A DNA stretch of 64,000 nt from assembly GCA_964630855.1 (NCBI GenBank), contig CAZVXP010000021.1:29038-93037 (forward strand), written 5' to 3'. The position numbers and the translations under genes were made by a program. The notes beneath the pieces were generated by a model. The model ran no database searches. It saw only the letters and a program-made list of their open reading frames with translations, and had not been told where the DNA came from. Of this stretch, positions 55,036 through 63,560 are shown in pieces (positions within the stretch are counted from its first letter, which is position 1; every line of letters begins with the position of its first letter). This stretch comes from an uncultured Thermodesulfobacteriota bacterium. Lineage in GTDB: Bacteria > Desulfobacterota > Thermodesulfobacteria > Thermodesulfobacteriales > Thermodesulfatatoraceae.

Positions 55036-56465
55036 TTTTCCACCGGTCGATTGATGCGAATCTCAAGCAAGATTTTGGCTCGGGCTTCAGGGTCCAACCT
55101 GAAGCGCCAAACTGCCCGGCCCTCTGGGGAGAGTTCCTCCCACGGAGGGTCTGCAGAAGCTTTGATACGTATTTCTTTTTTCTTGGCAATAGGTATGCGA
55201 TCGATCACCTCTACTTCGAAGGGCCGTTGGTAATGGTTGACAAGGGTGGTACGAAACACCTTTTCGATGATCTCTCGTTCCCGAGAGAAAAGAGGATGCC
55301 CGGAGGTGTCTTTCAGTATCTCTCGTTTGACTTCAAGGAGATGGGCCGTTCCGAAATAAAAGGCCTTTTTCACCCCGGGGCTCAGGGCTTCCAGACTTCC
55401 TTGTCCGACGTAGGTTCCATCCAGGTAAAAGTCCGCTCGGGTGCGTGGCACGCTAATCTTGGGTACCACGTCTGCCCGGAAATAGGCCTTATTGACGGCG
55501 TAAACCGGCACTTCTAGGAGAATCTTCTTGGCTGGGAGACGATAGTGTGCCAAGGGGATCAGGGTCTCCTGGCCGCAGGGTAACTCCACACCCTCGATTA
55601 CGATCCTTTCCCACAGCGCACCAGGAGACTCCTCCCGACGGGGTGAGAGAGGAAGTTTGGCGGCTAGTTTTTCGAGTTTTCCTTTGAGCAAACCTAGAGG
55701 TTGCGGGAGATCTATTATCCATGGCTTGAAAGGTGGAGGGGAGAGAATGGCTCCTGGTTCAAAGCGCGGGTAAAAGCGTACTTCTACTCCGGACCAGTCT
55801 TCTCCAGAGCGCTGTTTGAGAACCGCCTGCCCGCTCAAAAGGACGACCTTCTCTTGGGTCACAAGGTCCAGCCGATAGAATCGACGCCAGGAAAGGAGTC
55901 CCGGGGCTGGGTAACGCACGACCAGGTGTCCGGGCTGAAGGACTTCGGCCCGAAGTACACTGATACGGCCCCGAGGAAGCAGCTCTTCCAGCTTCTTTAT
56001 CTCCTTTTTCAACTGTTTCTCTTGCTCCTCGAGATCTTTGAGCTTGGAGTACAGTCTTTCGTAGAGCTCAAAATATTGTTTCAAAATTGAAGGATCCGGA
56101 ATGGAATCTTGGTTTTCGAGCGTCGTTTGGAGAAGGGAAAGTTTTCTTTCAAGGAGCTTCTTTTGTGCTTCAAGCCCCTGGAGCTCTTTTCTGCGTTTTT
56201 GGAGTCTTTCGGCCAGGGTTCCGGCAGGTAGGGCTTCTTCCAAAGAGAGGACGAGAATTTGCGTTCCTCTGGGTTCCACCTGAATTTCCGAGGTATTATT
56301 GAGATGGGCCTTGAGAGGTAGTCGATTGAGGCCTGCTTTCACGGAGAATTCTTCTTCCAGGAAGACATTTCCAGGATAAACCTCTACCACGGTGACCCGG
56401 GCCAGGGCTGTTTGTGTCCACCACCATAGATTCAGGATCAAACCAATGAGAACGAAGTATCTCAT
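55032..56465 (-). CDS. DUF4139/DUF4140 (MuiA-like) protein with N-terminal signal/anchor
   Basis: The start at ATG 56465 (MRYFVLIGLILNLWWW) has GGAGG upstream. There is a central coiled coil (KELQGLEAQKKLLERKLSLL ... KDLEEQEKQLKKEIKKLEE). The C-terminal beta-rich part with ADFYLDGTYVGQGSL and TLVNHYQRPFEVEVIDRIP resembles DUF4139, from memory. Confidence 0.65.
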   Translation of the reverse strand: MRYFVLIGLILNLWWWTQTALARVTVVEVYPGNVFLEEEFSVKAGLNRLPLKAHLNNTSEIQVEPRGTQILVLSLEEALPAGTLAERLQKRRKELQGLEAQKKLLERKLSLLQTTLENQDSIPDPSILKQYFELYERLYSKLKDLEEQEKQLKKEIKKLEELLPRGRISVLRAEVLQPGHLVVRYPAPGLLSWRRFYRLDLVTQEKVVLLSGQAVLKQRSGEDWSGVEVRFYPRFEPGAILSPPPFKPWIIDLPQPLGLLKGKLEKLAAKLPLSPRREESPGALWERIVIEGVELPCGQETLIPLAHYRLPAKKILLEVPVYAVNKAYFRADVVPKISVPRTRADFYLDGTYVGQGSLEALSPGVKKAFYFGTAHLLEVKREILKDTSGHPLFSREREIIEKVFRTTLVNHYQRPFEVEVIDRIPIAKKKEIRIKASADPPWEELSPEGRAVWRFRLDPEARAKILLEIRINRPVEK

Positions 56466-56512
56466 AAGGGACCTCCCAGAAAAAACTAAACCCTTGTTCT
56501 CTCCCTGACAAA

Positions 56513-57652
56513 TCAATAGGAGACATAGGGCCTTGCCCGAGAGATGAAGCTCTCCGGTCCAAGACCGGAGAGATCCCGGAGCCGTCTCTGGCGCCGGAGT
56601 TTCAGGATGCGCTTGGCCAAAGTGGGTCCGATACCCGGAACCCTCAAAAGCTCTTCGTAAGAGGCGCGGTTCACGTTTACCGGAAAGAACTCCGGATGGG
56701 CCCGGGCCCAGGCCGTCTTGGGGTCTATCTCCAGATCCAGAAAGCCGTTTACCAGAGGAATCTCTTGGGCTTTGAAACCGTAGCGACGAAGTAGAAAATC
56801 TACCTGATAGAGACGATGTTCACGGGTGCGAAGATCCAGACGTCTGGCCAGGGTCTCTCCTGGCAGTTCGGGGCGTCCGCAACCAGGTTGATAGGCGGAG
56901 AAATAGACCCGGTTGAGACCAAGTTTATGATAGAGGGCTTCGGTGATGCGAATAAGATCCTCGTCACTTTCCCCGGCTGCGCCTACCACCAGCTGAGTGG
57001 TGTGGGAGAACTTGAAGGATTCTTTCAATTGTGCCAGATAGCGGCTCAGGGTGATGAGGTCTTCAAAGCGTTTTCTTTGAGAAAGAAGGGTGAAATATTG
57101 TTTTTTCGGGGCCTCTAAATTGAGGGAGAGGGCGTCTGCCAGGCGAGCGGCTTCTTCCACCGCAGCTTTGCTGGCCCCTGGAATGACCTTTAGATGGAGG
57201 TAACCACCAAAGCCCTCTTTTTCTCGTAGAATTTGGGCCGTGCGTAAAAGGAGCTCCATGGTGGTGTCCGGGTCCTTCACTACCCCGGAGGAAAGAAAGA
57301 GCCCCTGGACCAGTTTTTGGCGCCAGTAGCTCATGAAGGCCCGGGCCAGTTCCTCGGGACGCAGACTCACTCGGCGTGGATCCCGATCGGATCGCAGGGG
57401 ACAGTAGGCGCAATCATTCACGCAGACGTTTGTGAGAAGGATGCGAAAGAGGGTCATTTGTCGTCCGCTGGGAAGTACCACCGGATAGATCCACCGTCCA
57501 AAGCTTCCGCGCCGACGACCCCGACCCGAAGGATCCTTGGCACATGAGCCAGCCAAGTCATAGCGTGAATCTTCTGCCAGGAGATGGAGGCGTTCCTCAA
57601 GAGAAGGCGAAACCACGATGCCAAAGAGGTTCTTCTGGCGGGGCACCGGCAT
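56513..57652 (-). CDS. putative DNA modification/repair radical SAM protein (TIGR03916-like) with C-terminal helix-hairpin-helix
   Basis: Motifs AEDSRYDLAGSC, LFRILLTNVCVNDCAYCPLRSDRD (CxxxCxxC), GLFLSSGVVKDPDTTME, GYLHLKVIPGA and the HhH LLRVPGIGPTLAKRIL. Confidence 0.8.
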   Translation of the reverse strand: MPVPRQKNLFGIVVSPSLEERLHLLAEDSRYDLAGSCAKDPSGRGRRRGSFGRWIYPVVLPSGRQMTLFRILLTNVCVNDCAYCPLRSDRDPRRVSLRPEELARAFMSYWRQKLVQGLFLSSGVVKDPDTTMELLLRTAQILREKEGFGGYLHLKVIPGASKAAVEEAARLADALSLNLEAPKKQYFTLLSQRKRFEDLITLSRYLAQLKESFKFSHTTQLVVGAAGESDEDLIRITEALYHKLGLNRVYFSAYQPGCGRPELPGETLARRLDLRTREHRLYQVDFLLRRYGFKAQEIPLVNGFLDLEIDPKTAWARAHPEFFPVNVNRASYEELLRVPGIGPTLAKRILKLRRQRRLRDLSGLGPESFISRARPYVSY

Positions 57653-57688
57653 ATCTTTCTTGATACCAGACCGGTGCCCCCAAGGGAA

Positions 57689-58792
57689 CTAGGCCACGGG
57701 ATAGGCCTTTTCAGGCCGTTGTTCTACCAGCTGCACGTTGGTGGCCCCTTCGTCGAGCTGGACGATCTTTGTCCTAGTAACCACCCTTTCCGGCAGCTCA
57801 ATGAGACGCCCTCGGCGTCTGATGGTGGTGGGGGCAAGACGGGTCTTGTAGGTGATCTTTACCCCGAAGACCTTGCGTCCAAAACGCGTGGTATATTCTC
57901 CGGGACCTTCGAGTTTGATGTCAAAGGCGTCTCCCGGGAAATAGACCCTTTTCACCCTCAGTCGGGGATAGGTACGTCCCCCTTTGTATTCGTGAGGACT
58001 TTCGTAGACCAGCCAGAGGGTCTTACCACTTCGATAACGGGCCTCGGTGGGGATATAGGTTTCGGCCTTTTCCTCCTCGGCCAAAAGCCGCTGGAGATAT
58101 TCCTCGATGGTTTCTTCCTGGACAAATTCATCCTCGTTCCAGGGCTCATAGACGATGTCCCACTGGTTGACCGCGGCTATGATGTTGGCCAATTTTACCG
58201 CCCGCTCGTTCTCTTGGAGGGCGATCTCGCGGAGCTTGACCACGTGTTCCCCCAATCGTCGTTCAAGTTCTCGAGAATAGGTTAGGGTGACCAGGAAGTC
58301 CGCGTACTTTTTGAGTTCTGTAAGTTCTTCTGGTTCATCCACAAAGAGCATGGCTTTACGCAGACGGCAAAATTCACGTCGCAGGACGTCGAGTTCTTGC
58401 TGAATTTCCTCAAGAATCTCAAGGGGTCTGGCCTCTTCAATCTCTCTGATCAAGGCGTCGTCAAGCTCGTCGAGTTTTTTCTCAATTTCAGCGGCGCTTT
58501 CAGCTCCCCAGGCGGCATAATGTTTGTCCCAGCCTTGATAACGGGCCACGTAATTGGCCAACCTTACCGTGGCCACGTTTTCTTCACGGGCTACCTGGCG
58601 CAGTTCGTCTACCCGGGGGCCGAATTTTTTGCGCCAGAAAGGACTATAAGTAAGGGTGCACAGGTAGTCCGACCGTTTTTTCAGGTCTGTGAGTTCTTCG
58701 GGACTCTTGACCGCCAACATTTCATCTCGGATGATACAATTGATGCGTCTGATGTCCTCTGCGCCGTTTACCGGACCATAGATCCAGGCCAT
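57689..58792 (-). CDS. hypothetical protein with an internal 74-aa duplication and a beta-rich C-terminal domain
   Basis: 367-aa ORF. Residues 22-95 and 145-218 align without gaps (PEELT(D/E)LKK..D(Y/F)L.TLTYS ... (R/K)LAN..A....WD..Y..W). I recognised no family. Confidence 0.6.
   Translation of the reverse strand: MAWIYGPVNGAEDIRRINCIIRDEMLAVKSPEELTDLKKRSDYLCTLTYSPFWRKKFGPRVDELRQVAREENVATVRLANYVARYQGWDKHYAAWGAESAAEIEKKLDELDDALIREIEEARPLEILEEIQQELDVLRREFCRLRKAMLFVDEPEELTELKKYADFLVTLTYSRELERRLGEHVVKLREIALQENERAVKLANIIAAVNQWDIVYEPWNEDEFVQEETIEEYLQRLLAEEEKAETYIPTEARYRSGKTLWLVYESPHEYKGGRTYPRLRVKRVYFPGDAFDIKLEGPGEYTTRFGRKVFGVKITYKTRLAPTTIRRRGRLIELPERVVTRTKIVQLDEGATNVQLVEQRPEKAYPVA
58139..58729 (-). 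repeat. intragenic duplication (two roughly 222-nt copies offset by 369 nt)
   Basis: Copy 1 is at 58508-58729 and copy 2 at 58139-58360. The similarity is at the protein level, with conserved W, Y and acidic positions in register. Confidence 0.6.
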
Positions 58793-58858
58793 CTTCCCAC
58801 CTCCTTCCTCCGGTTTCCTTCAACGAGAAAGATAGGTACGAAAGACTCTTTTGTCTGG

Positions 58859-60052
58859 TCAGGATTGAGAAAAAGTGTGCCGGAAAAGCGTCCTCATCTC
58901 CTCAGGAGAGAGGTCTTGGAGTCGGATGACCAGTTTCTCCAAGGGATCAGCCACTTCGTAGCCTCGAGCGGTTTGTCGGATTCGGTTGTGACGCAGCAGA
59001 GTTTGGAGGGTCTTCTGGACGGAGGAGGCGGTGAGATGGGTTTTCTTGAGGAAGGAAGCCCCGTAAGGGTCAGATACCGGACCAAAGAGGGCTATGGCGC
59101 GCAAAAGTTCCCGTGCTCTGACAGAAAGGAAGGCGTTTAAGTCTTCGTAACGTTTCTTCTCAAGTACCACCAGTTCTTCGAGTAATTCCGCCCAGATTTG
59201 AGGATCATTGAGGATCTTCTTTTTCAAAGAGGCCTCGCGCCACAGGCGATGAAAAAAGAAGTTCATGGCATAAGGATGGCCCCCGATGATTTCCAAGAGC
59301 TTACGTACCAGGACCCTTTTGGGGGCTTGTTTGAGGGTCTCCTTGAAACAAGAAACCACGAAGCTTTCGGCTTCTTGAAGAGGGAGGGGTTCGCATTCGT
59401 AAACGGTGACCATGCGATAGAAAGCAGCCCGGTCGTCGTTCATCATCTGTAGGAGGAGGGAGCGTTCGGAGCCAGCGAAGAGGGCGGAAAAGAAGCTCTG
59501 GCGTCCTTCAAAGACGCGGCGCATGGTCCATTCGATCTCCCCCTTGGGAGAGAGGCGGCGTATGTTCTGGAATTCGTCGATCACCAGCCAGAAGGGCTTT
59601 TTCGTTTTCTCGGCGTGTGTCACCAGGCTGAGGAGGAGTTCCCGCAGGAAGGCGTAGGCGTCTTTTTCGTCAACTAGGCGGGGAATCAGGCGAAGATCTC
59701 CGGTTCGAGGATCAAGGCCTAGCTCCATTTCGGGTCGCCAGGAAAGGCTCTTTTTGAGACGAAAGAGGAGCCTCTCCTTGGTGGATAACTTGGAAAGCCC
59801 CTTTTCTAGATGAGATATCAGGTCTTCCAGGCGAAAGACATCGCTTAGATCCAGGCGTAAAACTTCCACCTTTTGGGCCAGACGTCCTTCGAGCTGATTG
59901 ATGAGAGAGGTCTTGCCCATCCTCCGGATGGAGACCAGACAGATAAGCTCGGCTCCGAACACGCCCCTTTCGAGATAGCCGAGCTCCTTGGAGCGATTGC
60001 AAAAGGGTTCTCCGTAACGGATGGGGCGCTGGTATATAAAGGGGTTTTCCAT
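58859..60052 (-). CDS. AAA-type ATPase of the archaeal-ATPase (PF01637-like) class with C-terminal winged-helix
   Basis: N-terminal FIYQRPIRYGEPFCNRSKELGYL, Walker A SIRRMGKTSL, Walker B WLVIDEFQNI and a C-terminal wHTH-like LLRAIALFGPVS...VQKTLQTLLRHNRIRQTARGYEVADPL. Confidence 0.78.
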   Translation of the reverse strand: MENPFIYQRPIRYGEPFCNRSKELGYLERGVFGAELICLVSIRRMGKTSLINQLEGRLAQKVEVLRLDLSDVFRLEDLISHLEKGLSKLSTKERLLFRLKKSLSWRPEMELGLDPRTGDLRLIPRLVDEKDAYAFLRELLLSLVTHAEKTKKPFWLVIDEFQNIRRLSPKGEIEWTMRRVFEGRQSFFSALFAGSERSLLLQMMNDDRAAFYRMVTVYECEPLPLQEAESFVVSCFKETLKQAPKRVLVRKLLEIIGGHPYAMNFFFHRLWREASLKKKILNDPQIWAELLEELVVLEKKRYEDLNAFLSVRARELLRAIALFGPVSDPYGASFLKKTHLTASSVQKTLQTLLRHNRIRQTARGYEVADPLEKLVIRLQDLSPEEMRTLFRHTFSQS

Positions 60053-60062
60053 CTGAAAATGG

Positions 60063-60085
60063 GGATTATCCTTTTAGGATAATCC
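60063..60085. promoter_or_regulatory. perfect 9-bp inverted repeat (operator or 5' stem-loop) just upstream of the ATPase gene
   Basis: GGATTATCC (60063-60071), TTTTA, then GGATAATCC (60077-60085), 11-33 nt upstream of ATG 60052. The nested palindrome cttttaggat/atcctaaaag extends it to 60091. Confidence 0.35.
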
Positions 60086-60113
60086 TAAAAGTTAAAGGAT
60101 CTTCTGTAAAGTA

Positions 60114-60138
60114 AAAAGGGGGCGTTTCGCCCCCTTTT
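60114..60138 (-). terminator. rho-independent terminator of the dap operon
   Basis: AAAAGGGGGCG-TTT-CGCCCCCTTTT is a perfect 11-bp stem overlapping the dapB stop codon, flanked by A and T runs. Confidence 0.7.
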
Positions 60139-60943
60139 AGTCCTTGAGTCCCAAGACGTCGTGCATGTCATAGACCCCTGGAGCTTTGCCCACGACCCAG
60201 ATGGCGGCTTTTACGGCTCCACGGGCGAAGGTGTCACGGCTGGCAGCGCGGTGAGTAAGTTCTAGACGCTCCCCAGTGCCGGCAAAAAGGACCGTGTGTT
60301 CTCCCACAATCTCTCCCGCCCGGATGGTCTGAATACCGATTTCCTTTTTGGGACGTTCACCGATGATCCCTTCCCGACAGAAACGAAAAGTGGAATCGTC
60401 CCAACCCAAGGTCTTGGCGATGACGTTGGCTAGAGCGATGGCTGTACCACTCGGGGCGTCTTTCTTCATCCGATGATGGGCCTCAACGATCTCGATGTCG
60501 AAATCATCCCCTAACACCTTGGTGGCCATCTCCACCAATTTGTAGAGCAGGTTGATCCCCAGGCTCATGTTGTAGGCTTGTACCAATGGGAAGTGTTCCC
60601 GGGCGAGACGATGGATCTCTTCAAGCTCTTCTTTCTTAAAGCCGGTGGTACCGATGACCATGGCTTTTCCATACCGGGCGTTGATCCTTGCGTGAGCCAG
60701 GGAGGCCTCGTGAAAGGTGAAGTCGATGATTACGTCGCCTTTTTCGATGACCTTTTCCAGGCTGTCTTCAATCAGGATACCGGTCTGGGGCAGACCAACT
60801 ACTTCACCCACGTCTTTCCCCACCGCAGGGCTGTCTGGTCGCTCAAAAGCAGCGACCAATTCGATGCCCTCGGTGGCCATGATATTATGAATGATGCGGC
60901 TGCCCATACGCCCCGCCGCGCCAGCGACTATGGCTCTTACCAT
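60137..60943 (-). CDS. dapB: 4-hydroxy-tetrahydrodipicolinate reductase
   Basis: Motifs VAGAAGRMG, IDFT, GTTG and EAHHRMKKDAPSGTA. Confidence 0.93.
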   Translation of the reverse strand: MVRAIVAGAAGRMGSRIIHNIMATEGIELVAAFERPDSPAVGKDVGEVVGLPQTGILIEDSLEKVIEKGDVIIDFTFHEASLAHARINARYGKAMVIGTTGFKKEELEEIHRLAREHFPLVQAYNMSLGINLLYKLVEMATKVLGDDFDIEIVEAHHRMKKDAPSGTAIALANVIAKTLGWDDSTFRFCREGIIGERPKKEIGIQTIRAGEIVGEHTVLFAGTGERLELTHRAASRDTFARGAVKAAIWVVGKAPGVYDMHDVLGLKD

Positions 60944-61710
60944 GGCATTTGTCCTCCTTGAGGCATGGGATAAGACATCTTCTTGTAACCCTCGGGTACC
61001 GCGAAGAAGCTCTTTGACAAGCGCTTCTTTTCCACTTTGGTCACTTCCATTTGATACCGGTCTTCGTAGGAGATCTCTTTCAAGGGAAAACCCAGTTCTT
61101 CATACTGGTCGGCTTCGACGGTAGAACCTCCACCGCGGCCTTTCCATTCTTCCGGTAGAAAGGCTTCGGTCATTTTGGCCAGCTTCTCAAGGTCGCAACA
61201 TTTACCCAGGTCGTGTCCTACCTTCTTGGAAACCCAAACCTCGCTTACGGGTTTTCCATCTTCGTAAACAATCACCTGTTCTACCTTGTAACCGGCTATC
61301 TTGGCCTTTTGGCCGGTCTTTTTGTAGGTCACTTTGGGCTGGTGTGGTTCTTCAGCGGGAGGGGTCTCCGCTGTCCCTCCTCCAAAGAGCTTGCCAAACT
61401 TCTTCTCCATGGCCCCCAGGGCCTTTTTCATCTTTTCCATCTGTTCTTCCATGGCCTTCAGACGTTTGCGGCTTTCTTCCGCCGAGGTGGCGTAATAGGT
61501 CCTGTCTTTGGTGAAGATCGTGTAGGTCATCTGGTGTTTGGCATCCATGATGGTGTAGACCTCATCGGTGCCCATGCGAAAAAGACCATCTTCACAAGCC
61601 CAGAGAAAACGTTCTCCCTTGTTGGTGCGAGCCTCCATCAACATCCCAGCCAGGACCGAAGACACGCCAAAGAAGAGAACAAATCCCAAAACAAGTCCCA
61701 GTTTTTTCAT
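60937..61710 (-). CDS. secreted protein of unknown function (possibly DUF4412-like) embedded in the dap operon
   Basis: Signal peptide MKKLGLVLGFVLFFGVSSVLA, a central Lys/Glu/Met-rich helix, and GQKAKIAGYKVEQV, which resembles the DUF4412 motif. It overlaps the dapB start by 7 nt. Confidence 0.55.
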   Translation of the reverse strand: MKKLGLVLGFVLFFGVSSVLAGMLMEARTNKGERFLWACEDGLFRMGTDEVYTIMDAKHQMTYTIFTKDRTYYATSAEESRKRLKAMEEQMEKMKKALGAMEKKFGKLFGGGTAETPPAEEPHQPKVTYKKTGQKAKIAGYKVEQVIVYEDGKPVSEVWVSKKVGHDLGKCCDLEKLAKMTEAFLPEEWKGRGGGSTVEADQYEELGFPLKEISYEDRYQMEVTKVEKKRLSKSFFAVPEGYKKMSYPMPQGGQMPW

Positions 61711-61736
61711 CTTTAAGCCCCCTTTTAAAGAGATTG

Positions 61737-62666
61737 CTACACCAATTTATATTCGGCCAGGACCGCCTTGAGCTTTTCCACGTTTTCTTCACTCATGGCC
61801 GAAAGGGGCAGGCGGACTTCAGGGGTTGCGATTTTGCCCATCAGCCACAGGGCGGTCTTGGCTGGGACCGGATTGGTCTCAATGAACATGGCCTTGAATA
61901 GAGAATAAAGTTTGTAATGGAGCTTGCGACCTTTATCCCAGTTGCCCTTGAGACAGGCGTTCATCATGTCGGCCATTTCTTTGGGCATGACATTGGAAGC
62001 TACAGAGATTACCCCCACTCCCCCCAAGGCCATGGTGGGATAGGCAGTGAAGTCGTCACCGGAGAAAAGGAGGAAACGATTACTACACTGGCGAATGATC
62101 TCCGTGACCTGACGCATATTTCCCGTGGCCTCTTTGATACCCACGATGTTCTTGATCTTTGAGAGACGGGCTACGGTCTCCGGGGCGAGGGAGACGCTGG
62201 TGCGCCCCGGGACATTGTAGAGGATGATGGGAATCTTTTTCACGGCTTCGGCCACCGCCTTGTAATGTTGATAGAGCCCTTCCTGGGTGGGTTTGTTGTA
62301 GTATGGCGTGACCATCAGGACGGCGTCCACTCCAATGTCTGCGGCCAGCTTAGTCAGCTCGATGGACTGAGCGGTATTGTTAGTACCTGTGCCAGCGATG
62401 ACCGGAACGCGTCCGTTGGCGATCTCTACTGTCAATTCGTAAAGACGCTTTTTTTCTTCAAGGGAAAGGGTGGCAGACTCTCCGGTAGTCCCCACCGTAA
62501 GGAGCCCGTGGGTGCCACTTTTGATCTGCCATTCTACGAGTTCCCGATAGGATTCTTCATCCAGTTTTCCATCTTTGAAAGGGGTGACGAGAGCAACGAT
62601 GGCTCCTTCTAAGGCCTTTTTGTTTTTGGTGTTTTTGGTCTTTCTTCGGGCACATTTGGCGGCCAT
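61737..62666 (-). CDS. dapA: 4-hydroxy-tetrahydrodipicolinate synthase
   Basis: Motifs GAIVALVTPF, VGTTGESATL, YNVPGRT and GIKEATG. The start at ATG 62666 has GAAGGAGGAAG upstream. The 62774 start is an extension. Confidence 0.92.
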   Translation of the reverse strand: MAAKCARRKTKNTKNKKALEGAIVALVTPFKDGKLDEESYRELVEWQIKSGTHGLLTVGTTGESATLSLEEKKRLYELTVEIANGRVPVIAGTGTNNTAQSIELTKLAADIGVDAVLMVTPYYNKPTQEGLYQHYKAVAEAVKKIPIILYNVPGRTSVSLAPETVARLSKIKNIVGIKEATGNMRQVTEIIRQCSNRFLLFSGDDFTAYPTMALGGVGVISVASNVMPKEMADMMNACLKGNWDKGRKLHYKLYSLFKAMFIETNPVPAKTALWLMGKIATPEVRLPLSAMSEENVEKLKAVLAEYKLV

Positions 62667-62688
62667 TTTCTTCCTCCTTCTTGCTTTA

Positions 62689-63528
62689 TTATTCCAAAGC
62701 CTCCCTGGAGAGGCGCCCGCGATAGATGAAACGGGCCTCACCTTCCAGGTAGACATCTTGTCTCTGCTCATCAAAGAAGATGGTCAAGACTTCGCCTCCC
62801 TGAGTGAGCACTTCCACGGGAGAGGTCACCAGGCCCTTTTCTATGGCGACCAGCGCTGCAGCTGTAGCTCCAGTCCCGCAGGCCAGGGTTTCATCTTCTA
62901 CGCCTCGTTCATAGGTGCGAACCTGCAGACGTTTGGGGCCTAATACCGAGACGAAGTTCACGTTGGTTCCCTGGGGAGCGAATGTTTCATGAAACCGGAT
63001 TTTTCTACCTCTTTCCTTTACCGGCACAGAGGTCAGGTCTTCTACGAAACACACCACGTGCGGCACACCGGTATTGATGAAGGAGACCGAAAGCTTCCCC
63101 TCGGGAAGCCAGAGATCAAAGTCCAGTTGCAGGTCTTTGGGAGGAGAGAGTCTTATCTTGACCCTTTTACCCCTGACCTCCGCCCAGATGGGACCAGCCA
63201 GGGTCTCGAAAACCAGGGGATTGGGGGCCAGCCTTTCTTCCACGGCAAACCTTGCGGCACAACGCCCGCCGTTTCCGCACATCTCGGCTTCGCTTCCATC
63301 AGCGTTAAAAAAACGCCATGCAAAGGCTGCTTCTCCTTGAGCAGGTTCCAAAAAGATTAGGCCGTCGGCTCCCACGGAGATGGCACGTCGACACAGCTTC
63401 TTAGCCAGCCAGGAACCATGTTCCGGAGGGATGGTACGAGAGAAGTTATTGATCAGAATAAAGTCGTTTCCCGAGGCGCTCATCTTGGTAAAGGGAAGTC
63501 CTTCATAGGCCTCGGTGTGGGTGTCCAT
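62689..63528 (-). CDS. dapF: diaminopimelate epimerase
   Basis: FTKMSASGNDFILI, with catalytic Cys motifs MCGNGGRC and ACGTGATA. Confidence 0.92.
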   Translation of the reverse strand: MDTHTEAYEGLPFTKMSASGNDFILINNFSRTIPPEHGSWLAKKLCRRAISVGADGLIFLEPAQGEAAFAWRFFNADGSEAEMCGNGGRCAARFAVEERLAPNPLVFETLAGPIWAEVRGKRVKIRLSPPKDLQLDFDLWLPEGKLSVSFINTGVPHVVCFVEDLTSVPVKERGRKIRFHETFAPQGTNVNFVSVLGPKRLQVRTYERGVEDETLACGTGATAAALVAIEKGLVTSPVEVLTQGGEVLTIFFDEQRQDVYLEGEARFIYRGRLSREALE

Positions 63529-63560
63529 GTTCTCTTTAATAGCAAATTTGCGGCCTGTGT

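Noticed and set aside
58397-59140. 247-aa plus-strand ORF spanning the gap between the ATPase and the duplicated-domain gene
   Set aside because: It is antisense to both minus-strand genes, has no SD, and its composition is consistent with an antisense frame.
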